Assembly: GCA_951406725.2 (NCBI GenBank)
Contig: OX597823.1
Span: 2,728,001-2,792,000 of the forward strand
DNA: 64,000 nt
Origin: Octopus vulgaris
Lineage: Eukaryota
Direction: 5' to 3'
The position numbers and the translations under genes are program-made. Of this stretch, positions 26,786 to 40,104 are shown in pieces. The stretch's first letter is position 1; each line of letters opens with the position of its first letter. The notes beneath the pieces were generated by a model, which was not told the origin of the DNA, searched no databases, and saw only the letters and a program-made list of their open reading frames with translations.

Positions 26786-26860
<75 letters not shown>

Positions 26861-27229
26861 AAAATTTACCAAATTTATGAAAGGAGATAAATTCTACCAC
26901 ATATCTTGAAGTAAATTACGTAATAGCTTCTGGGTAAACAGCATTCATTGTTTTCTGGTTTGGAGCAGAGATAAATAAGTTTTGCAAATTACCAACCCAG
27001 GCGCATGTACATAGCCACCCAAACCCATACCCATAGACACACTCAAATACTCACACGCACACACACATACATACGCACACACACATATATACGCACACAC
27101 ACATATATACGCACACACACATATATACGCACACACACATATATACGCACACACACAACACACAAATATGCACACACTCGCACTCGCATACATATATACA
27201 CACACACGTACATATATACATACAGACAG

Positions 27230-27930
27230 ACATATATACATACGTGTGTATGCACATGCACACTGACGCACGCACATGCGCACAACCAAACAAACAAAAA
27301 GAACGCAGCTTCAATAACGGACAGAGTCAACAACTATTGGGGAGGTTACAAGAAGCAGCGAAAATTTTAGATGGAAAATAATAAATGAGTGGAAATGGAA
27401 CCGGTGAGTGTGTCGAGGAATAAGACACAAGACATTAAAGCAGAATTACTCTGCCTAGTTACAACACACACACACACACAGATACACACACACAAACACA
27501 TATGTATGTATGTATGTATGTATGTATATACACAAAGGGATTTGTATGATTGTGTATAGAAGAATATATTACTCAAGTGAATTCCAACTCTGCTATTCAC
27601 GTTTTATTTATATTCTTATATAGGATATAAAATAATATAGTAAAAATAAATGAAATGAAGTATTGTCTGTTCTTATTGAACAAATGAAATATTAAGTATT
27701 AAATATATGTTGTGACTGGGGAGGGTCATATTGTCTATGCCTTAATATCCATCACACTCACCGGTTTCATTTCTGATCATTCATTATCGATATTTCTTCT
27801 TCCAAAATTCTCGTTGCTTTTGCAAGCTTGTCGATGGATATTGACTCTGTCCGTTATTGGAGATGCGTTCTTCGTTGCCTGTTTGTGAGCATATGTGTGC
27901 GTCAGTGTGCATGTGTGCAAATGTGCTTGT
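27230..27930. repeat. Diverged inverted pair (~27230-27465 and ~27708-27930)
   Basis: aagaacgca..caataacggacagagtcaa..aaccggtgagtgtg..agt.acaaca occurs on both strands. Confidence 0.7.
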
Positions 27931-28129
27931 GTATGCACATGCATGCAATTATGCATATATGTATGAAAGTATGTATGCATGTATGTATACATATATACAT
28001 GTATACACATATACATACACATTTGCGGTGTGTGTGTGTGTTCTTGCTTGTCCGTATTACCTATGTACCTATCTATTTCTACTTAACTATGTATCTATCT
28101 GTTTATTTACATATCCATTTATCTACCTA

Positions 28130-28171
<42 letters not shown>

Positions 28172-28190
28172 TATAACAAAGTGGAGTTGT

Positions 28191-28222
<32 letters not shown>

Positions 28223-28228
28223 CGCACA

Positions 28229-28510
28229 TATAATGGTATTTTCTATATAAGCTTAAAGTTTATGGCGATCACTGTGCAATGACTAAGGAAGATATTCTAA
28301 TAAAGGGGCATATATACCCTCGACAGAAAAAAAGGGGAGCTTGTCTATCCGCGTAGGAGTCGAACCTATATCCCTTTGTTAACGCGACAAAGTGTGTTAC
28401 CTTTGCACAAGTGAATCAGCCTCCCCATTTAAGTCAATTTTACCATTATTATTATTTACAGGATTGTAAAAACGGCGTCGTATAAAAAAACATTCGCACC
28501 GAAGGCATAT
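28229..28510 (+). repeat. Diverged copy of the 2598-2832 element carrying an antisense tRNA-like cassette (28347-28417, minus)
   Basis: Shared ends tatataagcttaaag..ggcgatca..caatgactaaggaa and ggattgtaaa..cgtataaaaaaacattcgcaccgaa; middle reads (minus) GTG-CAAAGGTAA-CAC, CTTTGT..ACAAAG, TAGG-TTCGACT-CCTA. Confidence 0.7.
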
Positions 28511-28518
28511 ACATATAT

Positions 28519-28946
28519 ATTAAGTTGGAAACTAAGTTCCCGCCGTTTATTCAAATTTTGGAATCTATTTTTTTTTCGAGAATTCTATTTTTAAATCATT
28601 TTGGAATCTATTTTGTTTGTTTGTTTTTCTAGTTAATTTTAGTTACTTTTTGTTTATTTTCAGATCATTAAAATGGAATGTCAAGTTAAGAAAAACGAGC
28701 ATTTTCGACACCTCCTTCTTTTTGCATTTAATCAAGATTCTAAGGCTTCAAAAGCTGCTCGCGACATTTATGCTGTGTATGGAGAGGGTGCCATCGCCGA
28801 AAGTACCGCTCGTGATTGGTATGCCAAGTTCAAAAATATAAATTTTAACCTCAAAGACGCACCTCATTCTGGCCGTCCAGTTGAGTTCGATGAAGAGCGA
28901 TTAAAGCAACTTTTGCACGAAACTTCTCGTCAAACGACAAGGGAAC
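28519..28946 (+). mobile_element. Mariner 5' part (left TIR + HTH region of the transposase from ATG 28673)
   Basis: EHFRHLLLFAF..AARDIYAVYGEGAI..WYAKFKN..DAPHSGRP; TIR aagttggaaactaagtt. Confidence 0.88.
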
Positions 28947-28949
28947 TCC

Positions 28950-29900
28950 AGCGCTTTGTTTCTTCTTCCTGCCGAGGGGATGGTGAGTGCTCTTCCCCTC
29001 TGTGACCTGGTGGGGCAGAATCTACTAAGGTCATGGTTGTCTAGATAGTTACAGTCATAGCTTAATTTAAGGAGGAGGCGCAGTTCCCTCTTGTTGACTT
29101 CACGGAACTCTACTTAACTCTCACAGATAGTCTCAATGCGTTTCTCCACAGCAAAATCTATGTCTATAGATGGGTAGAGTGAAATTACATCCACACTACC
29201 CACTACACAACCTGTCGTTGGAGTGGTTGCAACTACTGATTCTATTGAGGAGATCCTCCGGGCTCATACAGGCATCTAGGAACATTTCAGTGAGTGGTCG
29301 TAACATCTGTGAGAGGAAGTAAGATAGCCTATAATTGCTAGAGATATTCGCTCCGCAAACTGGCTGGGTTGGCGGCCCCAAAATAGGGTTCAGGTAGGGT
29401 TTATGGTCTATTCATAACCCGACATCGTTATTGAATGCTTGGAAATTTTGTGCAGTCTTTTTCCAGGGTGAAAGTGTGTTGCACCACATTCCCATGTGTG
29501 CATTGAGGAGTTTTTCCACTCTTTCATGTTCCTGTGGTGCAACTTCTCTCATGCTATTGATGAGTTGTTGCATGGTTTGGACATAGTTCTGTGAGATGTC
29601 TATTGACAGTCTGCCAGGCTTGTCCGTAGGGAGGCACACTAATTCCCTGTTCATAATTCGCTGTTTCAGCTTTTGTAGGCCTTTGGCGACGAATGAACTG
29701 AGTTGCTTGGCCACTCCCTCATTATGCTTTTTAGTGGTTTTGTTGTATCGGTCCAAGATGAATCGGAGTCTATTTCTAGCTAAAGAAATGTTTGCCTCTG
29801 TCTCGCTGTCATTCAACCCTTGTGTTGAAGGGTAAGTCTGTGGGGTAGATCCTCGTCGTGTCGTACGATTTGGCGTTGGAGTTATAGAAGGCAGAGTCTA
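28950..29900 (-). mobile_element. Penelope-like RT fragment (a different family from 4518-8205)
   Basis: LPTDKPGRL, PTQPVCGA..LSYFLSQML and DVISLYPSI remnants. Confidence 0.7.
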
Positions 29901-30074
29901 GGGTGCTACCGCTATCACTACTGTTGCAGCAGTTATTATTGTTGTTGCTGGTGTTGTGTTCATTGTCGATGTTGTTATTGATGTTGTTGTTGAGGTTGTT
30001 GTTGCTGGTGATGTTCATAGTGACAGGCACATAGACTGATAGATAGAGATTAGATGTGTGTATGTGTGTGTGTG

Positions 30075-30136
<62 letters not shown>

Positions 30137-30149
30137 ATACGCATATACG

Positions 30150-30191
<42 letters not shown>

Positions 30192-31944
30192 CTACGCACA
30201 CACATATGTATAAGTAAATATATACAAACAAACACAAATATATACGCACATACGTATGTACGTAATATATACATACATAAATACATACATGCATGCATAC
30301 ATACATCGTAAATGCATGCAGGTATACATACACAAATGGGGGCTTGGGATATGTAACACACTGCCTAAATCCCGATCTTGAGAAATTAGGCTTCTCAAAA
30401 CCATAAGACTAAAGTTCCAATCCATCACTGGAACTGTAAAAATCTGTAAAACATTCCAGAAGTTTATCATTTAAATATATATGAGCATGTTTATGTATGC
30501 AACTATATGCATGAGAATACACAGATAAAGCAAAACATAAAAATCTGCACATATACATACATACAAACAAAAATACCCCGTTAATGATGTTCAAATTCCA
30601 ATGAAGGAGGCTTGAATCTAGGTCAGAAACCAGCTCTTTCTCTATTGGCAAGAAATATTGAAATAAAACTGAACACTGGCATACATACATACATACATAC
30701 ATACATACATACATACATACATACATACATACATACATACATACATACATACATACATCTGGTGTTGAAATCAGCTGCCTTCTGGACACCAATGTGCTCA
30801 GAAAAAACATAAGAGAAAGAGGATATTTATGGACAATAGTTACGCAGGTTACACATCCAGTACCCAAGATACACTTTCAGTTTCATACGTATTATTGTTC
30901 GAACAACAGGATTCATACTATCTCCCCTTAGCTTGGGTTCTTAAAGAGAGAACGCAAATTCTTAATTCATACTCTATAAATAATCTTCATATCCGGGGCT
31001 TAAAAAATTCTGCAAGACCTTAGCAATTAAAGTATGATGGTTAAAACCAGATACATTCCTTCACAAACTTGCTTCTTTTATAGCTGGTTTGGTTACTGCT
31101 TGTAGCCGCGTTTCCTTATCCTTTGTGTAACGCTACATGTATATGTTTCCTATTTGGAATTAGATAATAAATATATTTTACTTTTGAAGTAGGAATATAT
31201 ATTGATAAACACGTCACTTATAGCTTACTTATAAGTGTTATCCTTATAGATAAATCCTGACTCCAGCTACATAAACACCATAGCGAGAAATATATACTCT
31301 GAAACGCTAACGAACATTTTATGCGTGCATGTATGTTGAAGATAAACAAATTGGTGTTCTTTTAACTGCTATAAAAAAACAGTTTTACAATTGCAGAAAT
31401 AAATTTCATTAACAAGTTGAAGAACGTGAAGAAAGAGAAAATAATTACTACATTATTTTATAAATGTGCTTTTAGCATTTATAGTACAATTGGAAAGTAA
31501 AGTCATTTTGTCGCAAAGAATTACGACTTAAAATTCACACTAGCTAATCCTTCATACTAACTGCTAGAGTTTACAACAATTTACATAAGTCTTGTTGGAT
31601 CTTTATCATAGACATGGCATAAAGAATAGCCAATATCTCAAGGAGTGAGTGTCGTGGAGTTTAGCAATATTCCTACGAACACTGAGTAATCTCCCAAAAA
31701 TCAGGGTTTTTATAACTGCTCATATCCGAATTCTAAGATCCGAACCGGTATTTCGTGAAAGATTTCTTTGACGAAAGTTTAGAATTCGTATATGGGAAAT
31801 AATTTTAACCAATGGGATTACCAACAATTAGGCTTGTTCGGGCAAACGACCATCACATCATATTGCCGCCTTTTATAATTTGCTACACGACTAAGGAGGT
31901 GGTCGGTCAAAGTTTACTTTGAATTAAAAGTGAAAAAGAAATCA

Positions 31945-32706
31945 TACACACACACACACATACACACATACACACATATACATGCATACATGCATACATG
32001 CATACATACATACATACATGCATACATGCATACATACATACATACATACACACATACGTACATACATGCATACACACATACATACATACATACATACATA
32101 CATACACACACACATACATACATGCACACATACATACATACATACACACACATACATACATACATACATACATACACACATACATACATACATACATGAG
32201 CACATACATACATACATACACACATACATACATACATACATACATACACACACACATACATACATGCACACATACATACATACATACATACATACACACA
32301 CATATACATACATACATACACACATACATACATACATGCATACATACAGACATACATACATGCATACATACATACATACATATATACATACATACATGCA
32401 TACATACACACATACATACATACATGCGTACATACATACATACATTGATACATACACACATACATACATACACACATGCACACATACATACATACATACA
32501 TACACACATACATACATACATACATACATACATACATACATACATAAATGCACACATACATACATACACACATACATACATACTTACATACATGCATACA
32601 TACACCAATACATACATGCATACATACATATATACATACATACATACATACATACATACATACATACATACATACATACATACATACATACATACATACA
32701 TACATA
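31945..32706. repeat. ~760-bp compound (CATA)n/(CA)n microsatellite
   Basis: Direct reading; source of the spurious MYVC/HTYI ORFs. Confidence 0.97.
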
Positions 32707-32709
32707 ATC

Positions 32710-33945
32710 TCGGCTCTTTAGGGAAAGCTGTAAATATCTAGGTTATACTTCCCACACAAGGAAGTATTGATGCCATGTGAGGCTCGTATTGTGACACCGA
32801 AGCATCAGTTACAGTAGATGAAAGTGATCCGTGACCATAAGATTTGAGACCATGAAATCAATAACATGATTAGAATTGCTAATGAACTTGAGGAGAGCTA
32901 TGAATTAAGGACATTAGTAAAATCTATTTATCAGAAAAGCAAAATGAAAGAATGGACATATTCGTTTTTACTCTAGGCACAAGGCCCGAAATTTTGAGGG
33001 AGGGAGGGCCAATCGATTAGACCGACCCCACTACGCAACTGGTACTTAATTTATCGACCCCGAAAGGATGAAAGGCAAAGTCAACCTCGGCGGAATTCGA
33101 ACTCACAACGTAACGCAGACGAAATACCGCTAAGCATTTCGCCCGGCGTGCTAACGTTCCTGCCAGCTCGCCGCCTTAAGAATGGATATATTTACTGAGA
33201 AGGTAGTACATTTGTATTTGGCACGTAAAACACAAACCATAGAAAGGATTGATCATGTCAAAAGCTCGGTATGGTGTACCGACAAGTTTATGACATCTCA
33301 CTTTGAAGGCTGCTTCCATTGTAATTCAAGAACAAAAGATCCCCACCAAGTATCTACTGAGTAAAGGGCGGAAAGCATTGACAGACAATAAATGTGAGCT
33401 GTGCAAAACCAAGACTGAAGACATCAACCACATTATTGTCAACTGTGAGAGAATGTCTTCTTATGCGGCATGATATGATGGAGAGAAAAATCTGGAAGAA
33501 GATAAGAAAAGAAAACACCCACAGACGAAATTGACTATATTAAGGTGGATGGGTGAAAAGAATATTAGTGGAACTTATAAATTCTAACAGCCACCAACTT
33601 ACAATACAATCAACCAGATATTGTCGCGTGAGACCATAAAGAAAAGATATGTTCTGTTGTAGAAATCAACTGCACCCTGGACACCGATGTGGTTAGAAAA
33701 ACACAAGAGAAAGAGGACATCTATGGATCATAGATAAAGAATTTGCAAATATAGTACCCAATACAGACTTTTAGCTTCATGCTCATTATTATTGTAATAA
33801 CAGGATACACACCAACCCATCTGGAGCAAAGCATGGCTGAACTTGAGATCTCGGGGAGAGAGCGTAAATCCTTACTTCACATCCTACAAATGATCACGAC
33901 GTGTGAAACTAAATGAAATTTGCAAAATCCTTCTTAAGATTTAAC
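32710..33945 (+). mobile_element. Highly degenerate R4/Dong-type 3' half (related fragment at ~30760-31030), interrupted by a SINE
   Basis: Remnants TSHFEG..IQEQ.IPTKYL, DNKCELCK..EDINHII, NQPDIV and VEINC. Confidence 0.65.
32963..33177 (-). mobile_element. Intact tRNA-derived SINE with 15-bp target-site duplication
   Basis: GGCGGCGAGCTGGCAG..GAGTTCGAATTCC..CCTTTCATCCTTTCGGGGTCGATAAATTAAGTACCAG; TSD aagaatggacatatt (32948-32962) / aagaatggatatatt (33178-33192). Confidence 0.9.
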
Positions 33946-34060
33946 AGATGACGAGCAAAACAAGATGCTTTCCGTTATTAAGAGGGTGGCCGGTCAAAAC
34001 TTAAAAAGGGTGAAACAAAACATACATCCGTACACACAAACGCAAACGAAACAAACTTAC

Positions 34061-34106
34061 CTTCTGAGTTGCTGAACCACAACGAATTGCGAAGCTGTCT
34101 GCAAAT
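34061..34106 (-). other. Probable non-coding first exon (5'UTR) of the lipoxygenase gene
   Basis: Consensus AAG|gtaagt donor at 34060; no ATG; initiator-like GCATTT about 30 nt downstream of a TATA box; splicing to exon 2 gives GAAGAAATGG (purine -3, G +4). The link across the 17 kb intron is inferred. Confidence 0.6.
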
Positions 34107-34130
34107 GCGCTCAAGATGTAAAGCGCACGA

Positions 34131-34140
34131 CTTTTATATA
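34131..34140 (-). promoter_or_regulatory. TATA box (TATATAAAAG)
   Basis: Consensus TATA at about -32 from the Inr-like site and upstream of a consensus splice donor, in a short unique island between repeats. Confidence 0.6.
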
Positions 34141-34149
34141 CGCTGTTAC

Positions 34150-34233
34150 TGCAACCACTACTACTACTACTACTACTACCTCCACCACCAACAGCACTTC
34201 CAACAATACCATTAACACCACCACCACCTCTTT

Positions 34234-34277
<44 letters not shown>

Positions 34278-34304
34278 TTACTACTACTACTGCTGCTGCT
34301 GCTG

Positions 34305-34365
<61 letters not shown>
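34150..34365. repeat. (CTA)n/(CCA)n/(CTG)n compound microsatellite immediately upstream of the TATA box
   Basis: Direct reading. Confidence 0.95.
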
Positions 34366-34490
34366 CTCATTTCACACGTACACCGACACGCGGTCGTACA
34401 ATGAAATACATACATGTGTAGGTGTCAGTTGTGTCTTTGCATGTCAACCATAATATGCATATATATGTATGCATGTTTGTATGTGTCTAA

Positions 34491-34524
<34 letters not shown>

Positions 34525-34692
34525 TCCTTCTTCTTCTTCTTCTTCTTCTTCTTATTATTATTATTATTATTATTATGTTTATATCAATAATAACAATATA
34601 ATTATACTTATAGTAATCTTCACTAGACCATACATATTATAATAGATTCTAACATATCAGAAAATTACGAAACAAGATTAAACATATATTTG

Positions 34693-35698
34693 TATATATA
34701 TATAAAACTGAGAATGTGTGTCTGTCTGACTGTCTGTCTGTGTGCTTCCCTAAAACTTGAGAAGTACGCAACCAATTTCATTCAAATTTTAACACATGCC
34801 TTACTTAGGGTCCATGTAGTTTCATAGGCAAAAAAATGTTCAACTTCTTGCCTAGAGCGAGCCCATAGCAATATCATATCTTCTCCACTATTTCAGTATT
34901 ATGTGTTAAAAAGTGAAACAAAAATATTTCTCTATTTTATGTCAGATACTTTCACTTTAACAATTAAAATAATAATAACAATTGAATTATATGTAGTAAG
35001 TGATAATTAAAATCATACTAAAGTATAATATAAGTAAAAATAGCAATTAGTATAAAATTGCATCAATGATTTGAAATTGAATAAGTGGTTTCACATGAAT
35101 GGGAATAAATTAAAAATAAAATTAGCGTGCAGAAATGGAATAGTCCAGATGGATGATAAAAAATTAAATTAAAGAAAAGACTATTGTCTATAAAGTATAC
35201 AATGTGGAGAAAAAAGAGGATTTGAACACATGGAGGAAAGCACCTTCGAAAAGTGTCTTGGTGCGACTATGAAAGTTATCTAATCAGAGGCGGTAAATTC
35301 GCCACAATAGAAGCAAGGTTCGAGGGAGTACTCGACTCGAACTTGCAAAGTGGAAATGTTTTATTTTTACCTTTATATCTGGGATGTAGGACGTCCCGGA
35401 AAAAATGTTTTAATCCCCCCCCCCGAAGTAGAGGTAGGCTGGATTGTAGCCACACTTCTATACAAGAGGGAGGACAAGATACAATTGATCGAAATTATAA
35501 GAGACGGGCTAACAATTCCAGTCTGTTATATATTTTGAGTATTGTTATCACTAGCGATATCAAGATATAACTTTGTATTTTGTATTTTATGTGTAGATGT
35601 ATATATATAGATGTACATGTAATATGTACATATATATACATACACATATATACATGCACTAGCACTATGACCCGGCAACGACGGGTCTTTAATGCTAG
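34693..35698 (+). mobile_element. Non-autonomous Helitron-like element
   Basis: 5' tatatataaaa..(gtct)n; 3' hairpin gacccggcaacgacgggtc followed by CTAG|t. Confidence 0.65.
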
Positions 35699-35759
35699 TA
35701 TATATCTATATATTCATACATATAATATATGTATACAAATATAAATGAATATAAACATA

Positions 35760-35760
35760 T

Positions 35761-35792
<32 letters not shown>

Positions 35793-37012
35793 CTTAGTTA
35801 GTTAGTTAGTTAGTTCATTTGGCTGAAAAGCAAATAGCAAGGCCATGTAGGGGGACATGGAGTTAAGTACAGGGTGGTGTTCATGTAAAGAGTTCAGGCC
35901 ACTTGAGGTCAAGGGAGGCTTTGAACAAAGCGGTCGTCGGCATCTTCACCATCTCGTCTGGCAGCTTGTTCCACGGATCCGCAACCCGGACGGAGAAAGC
36001 TCCTCTCCTTCGATTGAGATGAAATCGTCGCAGGTAGAGCTTTTCGGAATGACCCCGCAGCCGACGCTCTGGAGCCGGAGTGAAGAACAGCTCTTTCGAG
36101 AGTTTACACTTTCCGCTTATGATGTTGTGGGCGAGAATGAGATCACCACGGCGGCGGCGTTTTTCTAGAGAATAAAGGTCGAGCGTCCTCAGCCATTCTT
36201 CATAGGAAAAACTTTTGAGACCATGAACCATGCGGGTAGCCAGCTTGTGGACTCTTTCGAGATACTGTATGTCTTTGAGGAGATAAGGAGAAGAGGGCTT
36301 GAATCCCGTACTCCAATATGGGTCTCACCAGCGTGACATAGAGTGGTAGGAATATGGCTGCTGTGAGCATTCCGAATGACCGTCGAATCAAGAACAGAAT
36401 TCCACGTGCTTTGTTGGCAGCATGGACGCACTGGGCCGAAGGCGAAAAGGAGGAATCCACCAAGATACCCAGGTCCTTTACCTGATCGGTCCTCTCCAGC
36501 AGCAGACGACCCGGCTCGAAATCAAGTTGAGTTGCAGGAGGAGAGCCAACAGGCAGATGACAGCACTTTGACACGTTCAGACACAGGTCCCATTCGTTAG
36601 ACCACCTCTAAATTTGGTGGAGGCATCGACGAAGATCCTCTATATCACCGCGAGGAGCGACCAGTTTGACATCGTCGGCAAATAGAAGGGTGTGTTGCGT
36701 GAGGTCGTCGGGCAAGTCATTTATGAAGACTAAGAACAATAAGGGCCCAAGCACTGAACCTTGAGGCACGCCACTGCTCGCACTGGAGACGTCGGATCGC
36801 GAACCATTAACTTGGACTTGGAAGGAGCAATCTGAGAGGAAGGCACCAACCCATCGTACAATATCCGGATGGAAACTATATGCTTGAAGCTTGACAAGTA
36901 ATAGGCGGTGGTTAACCGAGTCAAAAGCTTTGGCAAAGTCCAATAAAACGATGTCAACAGCATCACTATCATCGAGGATGCGCGTCACCAATTCTCCCAT
37001 TACCAGTAACAT
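35760..37012 (-). mobile_element. CR1/L2-type LINE, 5'-truncated, with (TAAC)n tail
   Basis: LDFAKAFDSV, GVPQGSVLGPLLF, LFADD, LVRPILEY and LYSLEKRRRRGDLI..WNKLP; few frameshifts. Confidence 0.92.
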
Positions 37013-37445
37013 ACAGTTAGAATATGGTTAGCATTGTATACATCCTAATACAAAGAAAATCAATTGTAATATCCAAAATAAATAATTTTTATCTTTTCGT
37101 CAAAGCTGAAGTTAAGCCATAATAATTATGCTCTATGTTATATTAATATTAAAAATGTTCAACATAATGTATTTATATATGTATATGGCGTATGGTATAT
37201 CTATTTTATTTCATCGAATTGACCATGAAGGTCGTACATAGATAAATGTAGCTGCGGGCTGGACAGAAACATTAATGTGTATGAAAACGACAAAGATGGA
37301 AAAAAATAATAATAATGGGAGAGGTACTGGCGCCCGCCGACCGATAACCCCTCGAAATCATTGTTCAATTTAAATCAATATAAATCAAAATTGTAATAAA
37401 AAAATTCAAAAATTAAAATTAAAAATTACAAAAATATATTTTTCA

Positions 37446-38047
37446 TTATTCTTCGTCTTCCTCATCCGGGCCCCCAAGTAAGTTTTCTGCCGCCTGCAGG
37501 AAAGCTTGCATCGGCAGGCCCGGACCGAGGGAAACAAAATCTTCTTTGTTACAGGTCTTCCTGGCCTCAATGAGTTCTTTCTGATTTATGACCTCTGCAG
37601 CCACCTGCGGAGGCCAACTTGGATAGTCTATACAGGTCGAGTCATATCGCTTTCGGTCTAGTAGACTGTCCAAGTATAACTCCACAGGCCCACCCTCGAG
37701 ACAGAGAATGACAACCTCTTCCTCACAGAGAGAGGTCTCATCCTGCTCTGTCAGTGGCACAGTTCCCACTGACAGAGCCTCTGGATCCGGTGGCACACTT
37801 CCCACCGGAGGAACATCGGGTTCGTTCGACGGCACAGCGACATCCACTGACCGTCTCCCGCTTTTCTTCTTCCTCTTTTTTCTTCTTCTTTCGGTGCGGG
37901 AGTCGGGGCCTCCGTCGGCACATCCGAAGGGTCCTCCTCTTCTCCCGCAACATGCACGTCTCCTGGTGAGCAACCACCGTTGCTCACCTTTCTCTTTCTT
38001 CTCGTTGAGGTCGACACCTCAACGACTTCCTCCGTTTCTCCCTGCAA
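37446..38047 (-). other. GC-richer, frameshifted coding-like segment, possibly a LINE ORF1 C-terminal remnant
   Basis: Overlapping ORFs with acidic/basic low-complexity sequence ending AENLLGGPDEEDEE*; no recognised domain. Confidence 0.3.
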
Positions 38048-38269
38048 TGGAAGAGCGGAGGACTGTAAGGGGTTCGTTGGGTGGGTATTATATGTATCGG
38101 TGTGGGTAGAATGCCTTGTTTATTATTAGTGTGAGAGAGGGGAGCATTGAGGAGGGGATAATTCCTAGTGTATGGGAGGTTCTTGATGGTTCTTGTCGGT
38201 GGGGGAGGGGTGTTAGAATGATTAAAGATCCAGGTTTTGGGGTGGGTCTTGTTTGAAAGGACGACGTTT

Positions 38270-39488
38270 CTGAATTCTGCAGAAAACTTCGTTTAACAGA
38301 AGCTCTGACAGATCAAAAACAAAAGTAACTTCCTACCACCAAAAGGAAGAAATAAGGCACTGGACGATTTTTGCAAACACATCCAGAGTCTTCCCTTTAC
38401 CCCAGGCAAAACCAAGGTAAAATCCAACTTCAGTAGAGATGAATGGAAAAACCTACGTGACCTACAACTGGACAAAGACCTAACCATCAAAGAAGCCGAC
38501 AAAGGGAGTTCTGTGGTCCTTATGGACACGAAGTTTTATAAACACCTAGTGCTTTCCATGCTAAACAACAACAACACTTTCTATGAGGTTATTAACAACT
38601 ATAAACAACAAAAAACAATCAAAAACCTCACCACACACATACTCCAACTCGGTCAGGGACTCATAGAAAAAGAAAGGGATTATATCACCAATTTCAAATG
38701 CAAGCCTAGCCTTTTTTATGGCCTTCCTAAAATCCATAAAAACAAATACATCACCGAAACCTGCAAACTCTCCTCTGACATCCACATCAACATCAAAGCA
38801 CCGGAGGACCTAAAACTAAGGCTCATCGTGGCTGGCACCTCCTGTGAAACACACCGCTTGAGTAATTTCCTAGACATCCTTTTGAAACCTTTCCTTACTC
38901 ACATCAAAAGTTTCATTAGGGATGATCTGGACATGCTCAAACACCTCCCGAAAACAGTTAACGAGGAGGCGCTCCTGGTGTCCTTTGATGTCATCAACCT
39001 CTACTCCAACATCCCACATAAATATGGTATTGAGGCAATTGATTTCTGGCTAGAGAAACACCCAGAAGCATTCCCTGACCGCATTAACAAGACCTTCATT
39101 ACGGAATCACTCAAGTTCATTCAGACAAATAATTATTTCCTCTTCGATAACACACACTACCGTCAAAAATGTGGTATTGCGATGGGTACCAAGGCTGCAC
39201 CAGTCCTTGCGAACCTCATAATGGGCTTCTTCGAACTATCACTCTATGAGATATCACGCCAGAAATTTGGACACGTTTTCCACATCTACCTCAAGGAAAA
39301 CTGGAAAAGGTATTTGGATGATTGTTTCATCATATGGAAAGAATCTTATGAAAAGCTTCTGGAATTCAAAACCATACTGAACAACATACATCTTAACATG
39401 CAATTCACTATCGAATTCAGCAAACATCATCTCCCTTTCTTTGATCTCCTAATTATAAAAACACCTAAGAACCAAATCATAACAGACA

Positions 39489-39490
<2 letters not shown>
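38270..39490 (+). mobile_element. Penelope-like RT, open for ~385 codons, truncated at an (ATT)n tract
   Basis: EADKG, FYGLPKIHK, SFDVINLYSNIP, GIAMGT and WKRYLDDCF. Confidence 0.93.
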
Positions 39491-39586
<96 letters not shown>

Positions 39587-40104
39587 GACATAACAATCTG
39601 AAATGAAATTATAAATTGGTTTATGTAAATTAATATAATTAGAAAACAATATAAATAAAGTGTTAAAATCTGAATGCCAAGTTAGCAAACAATTATATAT
39701 AAAAAGATAATGCAAATGAAGCTAAAATGATAATTTTATAATTTAAGGTTTATTAATATCCTGTCTTACAAAAAATTGATAACCCCAATTGAAGAGCAAA
39801 AAATCCACAGAGTTGTCTCCCCTTACTCACAGGAACTGGATAACTCCTACCCCATTTCCTGTTTTGACATTCATTTAACAAACATCCTAAATTAAACACC
39901 ACATGGATTTAATCACGTGGATCTCAATCCTCCAAGGTAATTTTTCCAAGAACTATCATTGAACTCAAGATACACAAACACTTTACAATGTATCGGTGTA
40001 CCTATTTTTTAATTTTTGTATATGTTTATTATTTTTTTGCAAAAACAATGTAATTTTCTTTTTTCCCCCTCCTCAATCATAAAAAAAATTTCTTTTCACC
40101 TCAC

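Noticed and set aside
28347-28417. Functional tRNA gene (also the SINE heads at 15868, 33100, 47435 and 58348)
   Set aside because: Imperfect acceptor stem, atypical anticodon loop and embedding in repeats; treated as tRNA-derived.
21598-28946. Mariner 3' half and 5' half with similar TIRs as one interrupted element
   Set aside because: Both are on the plus strand but the 3' half lies upstream of the 5' half, so they are better explained as remnants of two copies.
31907-32741. Long ORFs (MYVC/HTYI repeats) and the many YI, poly-L/N/S/E ORFs in the track
   Set aside because: Translations of microsatellites lacking stop codons; no coding evidence.
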